A DNA stretch of 64,000 nt from Mytilus californianus (lineage: Eukaryota): assembly GCF_021869535.1 (NCBI RefSeq), contig NW_026262712.1, positions 59,396,001 to 59,460,000 on the forward strand. The letters run 5' to 3'. The notes beneath the pieces were generated by a model, which did no database searches, had not been told where the DNA came from, and was given only the letters and a program-made list of their open reading frames with translations. Below, piece after piece: positions 52,030 to 63,276 of this stretch. The number at the start of each line of letters is the position of its first letter. The first letter of the stretch is position 1. Both the position numbers and the translations under genes were made by a program.

Positions 52030-52620
52030 AATAAAATTGAGAATGGAAATGGGGAATGTGTCAAAGAGACAACAACCCGACCATAGAACAGACAACAGCA
52101 GAAGGTCACCAACAGGTCTTCAATGTAGCGAGAAATTCTCGCACCCGGAGGCGTCCTTCAGCTGGCCCCTAAACAAGTATATATACTAGTTCAGTGATAA
52201 TGAACGCCATACTAAACTCCAAATTGTACACAAGAAACTAAAATTAAAAATAATACAAGACTAACAAAGGCTAGAGGCTCCTGACTTTGGACAGGCGCAA
52301 AAATGCGGCGGGGTTAAACATGTTTATGAGATCTCAACCCTCCCCCTATACCTCTAGCCAATGTAGAAAAGTAAACGCATAACAATACGCACATTAAAAT
52401 TCAGTTCAAGAGAAGTCCGAGTCTGATGTCAGAAGATGTAACCAAAGAAAATAAACAAAATGACAATAATACATAAATAACAACAGACTACTAGCAGTTA
52501 ACTGACATGCCAGCTCCAGACTTCAATTAAACTGATTGAAAGATTATGTCTTCATCATATGAATATCAGGCACAATCCTTCCCGTTAGGGGTTTAGTATC
52601 ATACCATCATAACATATATA
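52030..52620 (-). mobile_element. 3' end of a Naiad-type PLE (5'-truncated) containing the best twister copy
   Basis: Overlaps the 3' UTR at 27470-27720. Terminus is ggtcgggttgttgtctctttgacacattccccatttccattctcaatttt. Confidence 0.85.
52269..52359 (-). ncRNA. Twister ribozyme, type P5, near-intact (one C>A in L4)
   Basis: GGCUAGAGG-UAUA-GGGG-GAGG-G-UUGAGAUCUCA-U-AAACAUGUUU-AA-CCCC-GCC-GCA-UUUU-UGC-GC-CUG-UCCAAAGU-CAGG-AG-CCUCUAGCC. P5 9 bp, P2 4 bp, P3 and P4 all pair. Predicted cleavage between 52316 and 52315. Confidence 0.8.
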
Positions 52621-52749
52621 ACAATTAAAGATAAATTAAGTTCTGTAAAAATATATATAAATATAATATGTTTGGAATCCCCCAAACTTAATAGTATTCG
52701 TGTTCTAACATCATCATATTCAGCCATGAAAACTTTTTAAAACGTTGTT

Positions 52750-54210
52750 TAACTCAGAACTATGATTTGTTGCCGTTGCAATTCAAAGTTGCTGACAAGT
52801 TTTCCTAAAATAATCTTGATTGGTCTTATACCGCAAAACATATCAACTTATTTTGCTAGACAAAACTTGTGTTAGGTGCTAGACAAAACTTGTGGTAGAC
52901 CCCTGCAGTGCTGTCTTGATAATAAGATGAATATTGTCTCGCGTATCCACAAATATGTTCTGTAATCTTCTTATATGTAGTATGGGACATTATTTTCAGC
53001 ATAACCAGTTGTTCTTGTCCTTGGATTTCGTGCAAACTTTTGTATGCGCTGTATCAGATATCAGTCGTTTGGAATACATTTAAGATATTAAAAGCCGTTC
53101 CAAGCTAGGTTGCGCAAAATGAATCACAAGAATTCCTGTGATTATATATTCTAGTATTCATCATGTTTTTCATTGTACTCATTTACATATGGAATAATTA
53201 CATTTTGATTTCGCTGAACATGATATCAAAACGTTCGCTATTTTCTAACAGACCATACGGGCATAGTAGTATAACATTAAAGTGGCAGTGTGAAACTAAA
53301 TTTGAAATTAATCAATTCATTTTCTTTTGTATAAATGATTAGACAAGCAAAACATCATTAGAAAATGAAAATACAAATGTCCAACTGATTGCAAAAGAGT
53401 AAAAAAATTAATTAAAGCAAGCCAAATGTTCGTACTCTATCTCTTACTATTTGATATCGACATCTGCACTTCTAAACATATATGCATCCTGCAAAGACAT
53501 TAAAAGTTAAATGAAAGGAACACACAATGATCTTATCAATAGGACCCACTTCTTATCATATTGATATGCAATCATAACAGCCAAATATAACACAGTTCTA
53601 CATGTGGTTGTTCCAAATTAATTATCATTATATTCTATCTAAACCATCAGTCTCGTATTAGTACAATTTAAACAGTCAATGACATTTGGTTTCCTGTTAG
53701 AAAAATTGCACTTTAAGAATTCAAAGTATTATAATCTAAAATTTGATTTAGTATCATTTACATATTATAAGATGATAAAAAAAAATAGAATGAGTACATT
53801 GACTAAGTTAGGCATCATTTAATCAAATATATTCTATTTCATTTTAATTTAACATAATAACTAGGCTTCAAAATTTGAGAAGGCTAACATAGAAAATGAA
53901 TTATCATTTTAGGAGCTGAAATGTATAAGAATAAGTAAATTGAATGGTTTTCTATTCTCTGCATTATCTGAACGAGATATAGTTGATATTGTCAAACTTT
54001 CTCGCAGAACGTGTGCCATTTTCTATTGATTTTTTTGCAAACAAATTTACATTATTACAGATACAATCCAATTCATGTTCGCTTACGATACCCCAGAGAA
54101 ACCGTAAAAAATTTCCTACAACGGAAAGAATCGATCGTTTTGATTTTCTTAAAAGAGATCGATATTCCTCGAGCATTTCACTTCAGTTATCATAAATTGA
54201 CTCTGTAAAG
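52750..54210 (-). pseudogene. env: env-like fusion protein remnant
   Basis: LLRKSKR|SILSVVGNFLRFLWGIVSEHELD at ~54060-54160: a furin-type site followed by a hydrophobic fusion-peptide-like segment. The downstream extent is approximate. Confidence 0.6.
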
Positions 54211-54439
54211 AGATACTTGCTGTACTTATTCCAAATTGGTTTCAATTTAGAAATGTCATTAATGTTTTGTTTGTTCCTTTTTCATATTTAAATCTTCATT
54301 TTGAAAGGACCCTTTATTTGATACTCATATGTATTGTCGTTTATATCTAGATGTACAGTTTCCTGATTTATTGTACTGGCATCATTTCTGTGGGGAGGCA
54401 ATGTAGAAAGATCGGCACTATAATTCATCTCCGCTGTAT

Positions 54440-55985
54440 TCTATCTATCTTTTGTAACAAAACATTCCTAAATACCACAATGAGAACAGTTGACCACTTT
54501 GTTTGGGATGTTCACAATCTATGTGCATAAGTTTTGCAGCTGCATTGTGTTCTTCAGTTTTTTGTGTTAAACATCAGTATCAGTGTACAAAATGCATGGA
54601 AAACAAAGGACAGATTGAGATTTGGATATGCTAGCAAAGGTCAAATTATTCTTTAAGTATTTAAAGGATTTAATACAATCATCCAATCGATTTCTGCATA
54701 TCATATTCTGTCGTTAAATTCACCAAAGGTTCCGCTATTTTAGAAGCATTTAGAATAATCTTCTTTAGTAACCATGGCAACAACACATACCAATAAACCC
54801 TCTGATTTCTTTTACTGTTTTAAATATTGACCTATCGAATACTTGTTGAATTTGAAATAAATCGTCATATAAAGTTTCAGAGAATATAAAAAATGTCTGC
54901 AAGCTACGCGACTTTAAATTTGTTCAACCCTGCATAGCAATTGAATTTATTTGACTTAAAATACTAGGTGCATAACAATTCTTAAAAGCACAACATTAAA
55001 TTAAGCAGACCTTTGTCATCATTGAATGCAGTTGGGTTTTATTTCATTTTCACTTTCCTTCATATGCACCTACTAATAGCTATTTGCAATATCAACGGAT
55101 GTATAATAATTTGCTTTATCCAATAGTGCTAACAAGTCGTCTTCTAAAGTTAATGGATATGAAATGACTGTCGTTATACGTTGAATTAACAACAATTATT
55201 ACAAAACTGTTTAGAGCCAACTTTTTTTATCTACTACAACAATAAAAAATAAAAATGGTGATTTAGACCATCGTGTTATATTTGCTTCTAACATTTCATC
55301 AATTGCTTTGTCAACTATTGGCATTTTATGTCTGGAATGTCTATATGGTTTTATTTTATCAGTGACTTGCCTGTATCTATTTTTATCATCACTTTGTCAC
55401 TTTCTGCTTATTCTTGGTCACTATCAGCGAATATGTCCTGATTTGAACTAACAAGAGAACGAATTCCAAAAACTCTGGAGGAATATCAGTTTTCTGATTT
55501 GATGAATAGATTAACTTTTCATTTTAACATTGTCTTGTTACACTAGAAACACCCCGTGCACTTACCGTATTGGTCCTACCTACAACACATCCTCTGTTCA
55601 AACAAATATTTGTACTTGTATGTTTTAACATCAAGCAGGTATCCCATTAGACATAAATACTTTAGCAACCAAGTTATGTACTAGTAAACCTTCTTTATAT
55701 AGTAATCCACGGCATTACACTTTGAGGTTTTAAAATTGTCTTGATAGCCACTCTCACTACATATATGGATGTCATTTTCGAGGCTTTCGTAAACTTTTCC
55801 ACTTCGGATCAAAATACATGCGAAAATCTTGCTGCTGAAGGAATTCTCTCCCTAATATCACATATCCATTCTTGTCGGAAACTACATGAAATACATCATT
55901 ATTTTTTTGTACCATTAATATTAAATGAGAAGTCGGCACTACCGTCTACTGATAAAGAATCGAGATTTACTGCTTGGAAAAAAAA
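54440..55985 (-). pseudogene. pol: pol remnant (protease, RT, RNase H)
   Basis: GSADFSFNING..FHVVSD..VILGREFLQ; IFADSDQE..IDTG..PYRH..IVDKAIDEMLEANI..SKSP..VVVDKK; DDLLALLDKANYYTSVDI; TVKEIRGFIGMC; IAEPLVNLT. Confidence 0.85.
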
Positions 55986-56099
55986 TTACCTTTATATAGT
56001 TTCGGATGATTTTTTATTGCTTAAACATTCTTTAATGTAAGAAAGAGCAACTTGCGCCGGAGTCAATTAAAAGCTATATATTTATTCTTTTCAATTTTA

Positions 56100-56700
56100 A
56101 TCAGACACAAATTTGGAATATTTGTTAAATTTGTTGAATTTATTTCAAATTTTTTCTTTCATTTACAATTTCTATTTTTGTTATCAAACGTTTTACTTTG
56201 ATATTTACTCTCTTCCTCGGCTTCATGATGAACGGAATGCCCTAGTTTCACTGTCTTTGAACGGGTGGTATTTTCTGGAGACGATATCTTTGTTAATGTC
56301 ATTTACCTTTACAGGAATGAGTTAAATCCCCTTGTTTACCAAAATAAGCTTCTTCTACTAAAGCCATTAATCTTTTGTCAAAAACTTGAACTGTCTCACC
56401 AGTTTTATGTCTTATGTTATTAAATAAATAAAACAAAGGTTGTGGATCAGTAACTTCCAAAAATCTTGTAATTAACTTTGCCTTACAATCCACCCGTGTA
56501 ATGTAGCTCTATCATTATTGGACATATATATATTTTTGTTAATAATGACTAACAATGCCCTAACAAGATTAATATGCAATTAATTTCAATCTTTCTTCGC
56601 TCGCATTTGTAAGGACGGCATACTTTTTTTCTGCTTTAGTCTATTCTTGGAACTACTTCGGCCGACAGGTGCTACTTGAGTGCTCACTGAACATGCCAAA
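56100..56700 (-). pseudogene. gag: gag remnant
   Basis: KLITRFLEVTDPQPLFYLFNNIRHKTGETVQVFDKRLMALVEEAY resembles the Gypsy gag capsid QxxxEsVxxy region and lies upstream of the protease. Confidence 0.65.
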
Positions 56701-56779
56701 CATTAAAGGTGCTCGATCTGTTGGAAAAGATCCTGTTTTGTTTGCTACTGACTATCAATAGAGGTCGATAGTTGATAAT

Positions 56780-56975
56780 GGTATAGACCGTTGGTTTTTC
56801 TGTTTGAATGGTTTTACACTAGTAATTTTTTGGGGCCCTTTATAGCTTGCTGTTCGGTGTGAACCAATGCTCCGTGTTGAAGGCCGTACCTTGACCTATA
56901 ATGGTTTCCTTTTATAAATTGTAACTTGGATGGAGAGTTGTCTCATTGGCACTCACACCACATCTTCCTATATCT
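56780..56975 (+). mobile_element. PLE-type 3' tail without ribozyme part
   Basis: gttgaaggccgtaccttgacctataat..gagagttgtctcattggcactcacaccacatcttcc; same tail as 43070-43260. Confidence 0.75.
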
Positions 56976-58763
56976 ATTTGCCAACGCCTGAAAAACCTAC
57001 CCTAACGTCTTTGTTAGCCATTTAACCCAAATGAACTATAGCATGGCTTACATACTGTTAGTTCTCACAGTGGACGTCGCTGACAATCCTTTTGACATGT
57101 TAACACTAAACAATTCGAAGAATTTTGATTATAGTAAAGTTAGAACTTCGGTTGTAACTAGTTCAGTATAGCTTTTCAGCCGTCTATCTCTGTCTGATCC
57201 GATTGAAAATAAATCCGTTTTATATATCAAAACTGTTTGATAACTTCTGCTTCTTACTAATGGTATCATATTACATTGTTATAAAAGTAAAAAAGAAAGT
57301 TCTCGTTGTTCGAATAACAGGAAGTTTAAGGCCACCACCTAAGACAGTTAATATCTATAACCGGTATTGTCCATTGACAAATGCTCTGGAACATTGATAA
57401 TTTACTAAGTAGAGTTGTACAGATATAACATATCACAGAGGTCATATTGACATCTTAATCGTAATCATCAATCTGTTACATAATGACGATAGTAACTTTG
57501 TTTAAGAAGTATTCCTTCATTTATTATTTTCTAGTTTGACGTGGAAATGATTTAATTATTCGACTTCGATTACATGAAACAGCCGTACAATTCATACATA
57601 TAGTGCTCCGTTTAAACTATTATACCATGTATACCTGTACCTTAACTTTCACGATAACACTAATTAACTTAACTTAATGCCATCGTTTTGTCTTGTACTT
57701 TACTAATAGCTACGTTAAGGAAGTAATTCTTTACATATTATTTGACATTAACATTTGAAATAGAAATGCTTTATGGTTAACGGCTTTTTTTAAAAACTAC
57801 GTATCAGTACAAAAAACATTCAGTTTCATGTTAAAACTATTACAATTTGAACGTTCACAATATAATAATCACAAAACAGAAAAACCTTCGATTTTTTTCT
57901 GTAATTTGCTTATAACTATATTAAGGAATTATGACTTAAAAGATGTTTTACCTCTACATTTTGATATCACGATCCTCTTCATCGCGTTTGTATTGACAAA
58001 TGAAATAAAGTGTAATCAAAGATGTTATAATGTTTAACATGAAAATATACCAAGTTGATTTGACCTTTACTTTGCTTTTGAATGTAAATTACATATATTC
58101 GTCTGTTACAAATGTATTCTATATCTCCGATACGTATTGTTAAGTATAAAATATGGATGAGTTATACCACGAGTACCTACATCTCTACTGATTATCATAA
58201 GTCTGTTTATCAGTTGGATACCACAATTATACCATAACTTTGCTATACTGCCATGTACATACTGTATTTTAATCGTTTTCAGATGTAGTACGGTCTTGGA
58301 AATTCAAAACAAATGCGTGATACAATTGAGCAGTACCAAACAGAAACAATATCATAGAAATGCTGTTACATGTTTTGTTGTAACACATACATTTTCTATA
58401 TATCATGTAAATTGAGGCAGCACATTTTGTAGCAAATGTGTACAAAATGTATCGAAGTGGGAATTGTTTTATTTATCAGTTATTGATTTTTCTATTTAAT
58501 AAGCAGTGTCACCGTGTATCTTCACACAAGATTCAAAAGATGTGTGGCACTAAATGTTTTGTGCATCTGAAAAGTAATACAAATGTTCTTTGCCATGCGC
58601 GTTTTTGACACTTTCAGAACCATTCCTCATATACCCTTGAATCCAGTATTTAAGTTTATTACTGAAATTATTACATAAAAAGATGCGTTTGCAATATCAA
58701 GGTGTTTAGTCGACAATCAATGAAATTAGTTACCTAATCGTCATTATTTTATTTCTTATTACT

Positions 58764-59745
58764 ATGAGAACATGGATGATGAAGCCATACTCCAGACGTA
58801 ACCTAACAGACGGAGAGCGCATATTCAATTACAGGTTAGTAATAACAAAATTATGAATTAACATAACCAATTAAAATTAGTTATAAAACATCATAACCCT
58901 AACATATATAAACCGCCACGAAAGTCTCGTGGTAGCGTGTTCGCCTCCAGTGCGAGAGGTCGTTGGTTCAAATTAAAGACTTTAAAATTGGTATTTGCTG
59001 CTTCTCCGCTAAACACGCGGCATTAATGACTAAGATTTGTCGGCTCGGAGTCCAAATAATGTGTCCGGGTAAGGTGACATGTCCTCCTGCGAATTGTTAC
59101 CTTGTGAACTGGTACGTTAAAAATCCTGCTCAGCGTATCGGTCTAGTACATAGTACAAATCAGGGCTTATATTAATATAACAGTAAGATTTTCTCGTACG
59201 GAATATGCATATAAGTTTGCCTCTAGACGCTAAGCAGTCATTCATCATCATCACCTTACGTATTTATTTTGCTGTTTAAGGGTATCAATTTTTAATTTTT
59301 TCGAAACAATTTTTTATATATGGTTTCCCTTTGAACAACATTTGTATAACACAATCGCATTGTATGTTTTTACTTTCCAGACTTTCTCGTGCAAGGCGAG
59401 TGGTGGAAAACGCGTTTGGTATCCTTGCCATGCGGTTTCAATGCCTGCTTGGCTGCTTGAATCAGTCTCCAGAGACCATCGATTCCATCATTCTTGCATG
59501 TATTACACTGCACAATCTTCTCAGAATTAGGAATCCTTCTTATTGCACGCCAGACCATCGACCATGAGGATGCATACAATCAACAACAACCTGGTGAATG
59601 GCGTCAGGGAAGGCAAATGACAGATGGTGGTCATACCCATGGAAGAAATGCTGTGGCATCCGCTGGGGTCCGTCAAAGAGACTATCTTAAGCACTATTTC
59701 AATTCACCAGCAGGTTCAGTTGATTGGCAAGAGAATATGATATAG
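58764..59745 (+). pseudogene. Harbinger DDE transposase C-terminal part (exons 58764-58834 and 59381-59745, one frameshift)
   Basis: RTWMMKPYSRRNLTDGERIFNYR|[54 protein letters not shown], joined across a GT-AG intron 58835-59380. Confidence 0.9.
58915..59170 (+). mobile_element. tRNA-derived SINE with Meta-like central domain, inside the transposase intron
   Basis: tRNA-like head, then aaagactttaaaattggtatttgctgcttctccgctaaacacgcggcattaa resembling the MetaSINE domain. Confidence 0.7.
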
Positions 59746-60130
59746 TTCAGCAGTGTAATTATACAGATACTTGTAGTTTCACCGTAAAACCGCAGATGTA
59801 TTTGTTCATGTATGAAATCTGTTCTCATTATTTTAAAAATGTAAAAATTGTTTCATAATAAAGGTTTTTTATATATGTTTTGTTTTGTGTAAAGTTGAAC
59901 TTTAGCTTTGGTATATGAATTGCTTTTTTTCTGCGTTTTACAAAATGTAGTTTCTTGGTTCCACGTTGATAAGGAGATCCTTAGAGTTAATAAAATCTCT
60001 AAAATAATGATAATAATAATGATAATTTGAATCGTTTGTATTTACTTATTAATAAAATTTACTGCTCTTATCTTGAAAAAAACACCACCAACTGAGACTT
60101 GCTACTGCATTGGTACCTATGTTAAGCAAT

Positions 60131-60335
60131 ACGACAAATGCTACGTGTAATGCAGGATCTGCTCACCCATCCGTAGCACATGAGATAACCCTATTTTTTT
60201 GTTGAGTTTCAGGTTCCTAAGTTTTTAGTTTTCTATGTTGCGTTGTGTGGATTGCTGTTTGTCTTATCGTGGCTGTGTCGGTTTGTTTTCAACCTATGCA
60301 TTTGATTGTTTCTTTTGTATCTTTCTCCTCTTTTT
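60131..60335 (+). mobile_element. Non-autonomous PLE-type tail related to 28140-28355
   Basis: gcaggatctgctcacccatccgtagcacatgagataaccc..tttagttttctatgttg..gtatctttctcctctttt. Confidence 0.65.
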
Positions 60336-60714
60336 ATACCTTTAACCCTCATTGAGAAAGTACAGCCACTATTTTCTGCGCAGTAAATCGTTTGTACAGT
60401 TTAAAAAAACCCATTGACAATACGTTTTCGCGGAATCAAATGGGCACCAGAAACGTTTGGAAGACCATGTACATGATGTAGATAAACTCAAAGTTGAAAC
60501 AATGCACCAAAACTTCCAGAAAAGTAGCCAAATCGAACTAAGGATATAACACTATTTTTCCATATACCCGCTGGTTTCTTTTAAAATTAGGATAGTATGA
60601 TACAAAAAATTAACATCAAATATCAAAAACTTTATAAAACAATGCAAAATACAAATCAAAGTTCACAATTCAAAGATCACATCGAGTTACTGAATGTACT
60701 GAGATCGAGATCAG

Positions 60715-62482
60715 TCAGATTTCATACCTTCTTTTGAGACTTGGAAATGTTTCGGTTATTGATCTTAGACGACAGTTACTGTAATACGTCAAGTGTGTCT
60801 TCAAACGACCCCTGACTAAGGTTAACGGGACTGTAAGGTGTGGAGATAACATCCATAGAACAGCAGATGAAAGATGAAGTGTTGGCATCAGAAGAACTGC
60901 CAGCTGACTGTTGTAGAAACATAGGCTGGACATTAGGTGGCTGTAGATGGGTTTAAGTATGACACTTGTGGAGTGACATGTGCTGGTGGCGCAGCTTTCA
61001 GCTATGTTGTTGGCTACCTGAAAATCCTGCTGAATTTGTTGTTGCCTGGACTGTTGCTGCTGCATTGCTGAACCAGTAGCTGCCGATGGTTGAAACTGTC
61101 TTCTATTTGTTGTTGATGTTAATTTAGGAAGGGTAGGCATAGCAAATAATGGAACTACTGTCTGCTTAGCTGCTTGTTGGGCTGCCAGACGTCGCTTTTC
61201 TTCTTGGCTCTTATCCACAAGGTCTAGAACAAGCCTTGTGGAACGTGTGACGAATAGGTTCATCACTTGCTAGCCCATTTGGCGCATCAAGTACACCAAA
61301 AATTGTCCAGTCTGTGCAGGTGAATCCTGTGCACCTGTGATGGCACCACGCACGGACTCTAACTCGGACGTCAGTGAAGAGAGATCCCGAGCTGCTTTTG
61401 GATTATATCCAGGTGCAGTTGCGGTTGAGGATACTGACAAGTCAGAAGAGCGGCATCAATATCATCAGTGTCCTCTGAGGTAAGTTCCTTCCTCTTATCA
61501 GCAAACTGTACAAATAAGAGAAGAAATCAAATACAGTAAATTACACAGTTTTCTTGGTTACTTTGAAGTAGTCCAATATGGAAAATTCAAGGACAACTAT
61601 GTTTGAAATGAAGTTTTGTAATTACTATGGATCATTCTAAGTTATGTTTGAAAATAGAAAATTACAGAAGATTTTTTTTAATTTAAAGCAGTGCAATCTG
61701 TAAATTACAAAAATAACTGCTAAATATCAAATTTTGTATTACTTACTTTGGATACTCTTTGGTTGCGCAGCTGCACAAGGTAAGGACGCAGGAAACTAAA
61801 GCTATCCATAAGCAACTGCTGCCTTGCTGTGTGTTCTGCTACACCAGACCCTGACTTGCTGAATAACTTCACCAGCTTTGAGAACTGTGTCCTCATATAA
61901 GAATACCATATTGATGACAGGTCACCAGCTTTAAGACCCAGCTATTCCTCCTTAGCTGCCCATTATTTGTTCTTCTTCTCCTTTAACTTAAAATCAGCTG
62001 AGGATTTATCATAGAGGAATGTGTTCTCTCTAAGCCATACAACCAAATCTTCCTCCTCCTCATTATTGAGTGTACGACATACGGACTTCCTGGGCTTAGA
62101 AACAATCTGAAATATGAGAAAGCAACATTCATATATCATATGTAAAACTCAACATTTAAATGTATGCCAAAATAGAAACGTTACATTCCAAAAAAAAATA
62201 TGTGCATTCATAAAAATATTACATAGACTGCATATAAAATTATAAATCGTTAATAAATCATCATATTTATAAAAGAGATACCTCTTTCTCAAGTTCGTGC
62301 TTTCGGAGCCTGGTATGATGGGAAGGAGAATCAATAACGGGCGTAGTAGGTGTAGGAAGTGCTGGTTCCTTATTAATTGTCTTTGTCTTCTTAGCCCTTT
62401 ACGGGGATGCAGTTGGTGTGGTTGTAGTATCATATTCAATTGATACAACTGGAGGGGTGACCTTCTTTCCTTTTCAAGGCAT
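60715..62482 (-). pseudogene. Harbinger accessory MADF/Myb-like DNA-binding protein, 3 exons, in-frame stops
   Basis: Exon ~61740-62108 reads LVVWLRENTFLYDKSSADFKLKEKKNK*WAAK..WYSYMRTQFSKL..SGSG..TARQ..SFSFLRPYL, with GT-AG boundaries. The 3' end is approximate. Confidence 0.8.
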
Positions 62483-63276
62483 CCTAGATGTTGGACTAAA
62501 TAGTAGACAGATAAGATCTCTTCGTGAGTTTAGCTAATGATGAGATTTAATCAGATCTGCACACCTCTTTATGTAATCTCATAGCAGTCATGTGTACTCG
62601 TGTATGACCGCGTAGAGATCGAAAAGTGGTCGACTTTGGTCGAGTAGAGAACTGGGTATTGGTCGAGTTGGTCTGGGATAAAAAATAATAGTAGTCGCAG
62701 TGATCGGAAAGCGATCGGGAATAGGTCGATTTAATCTGGATCACAGATCAAACAAGACGGCGTTGATCGAGAAACGATCGGGTATAAGTCGAGCAAAGGT
62801 CGAAATGATCGAGTACTGATCGGTAAAATATTTGTATTCCGACCAAACTCGATCTCTACACGATCCTTTCTCGATCAATTCGATCGCTACACGACGAATT
62901 CCCTATCTCTTCTCGAGTGACTGGCTTCTCGATCCTTACTCGATTTTTTTTGACATGTCAAAAGTTCTCTGATAGAAAGTCAGATCGATGACGAGCAAAG
63001 TAGACCACCCCGAACATTCTTGTCGATCGAGTCAAACCAGTTTCCCGATCGCTTAATCTGTCTTGATCGGGATTGATCGAGTTGGTCTGATCGGCAGTGT
63101 GAACCTAGCTTAACGTATCTATATGACACCTCACGATTGAGAAGACATAATGGTAGAGCTGGGAAAATGGAAGTTGGTATTGAAAAAAATTATGACGTCT
63201 TTCGTAAATCCTTATTTAAAGTCGCCCAGCTAAGCCAATTTCAAGTCAAAATCCACGAATTGAGATCGCCTTATAA

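Larger units (their letters stand above)
52700..56760 (-). mobile_element. Decayed Gypsy/Ty3 LTR retrotransposon with gag, pol and env-like remnants; integrase largely deleted; LTRs not identified
   Basis: Gag, protease, RT, RNase H and env-like peptides occur in canonical order on the minus strand. Confidence 0.8.
58760..63110 (+). mobile_element. PIF/Harbinger transposon, 5'-truncated: transposase (+), MADF/Myb gene (-), right TIR + TAA
   Basis: Right end reads ctgatcggcagtgtgaacctagct|TAA (63111-63113), with the two convergent genes typical of Harbinger. Confidence 0.9.
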
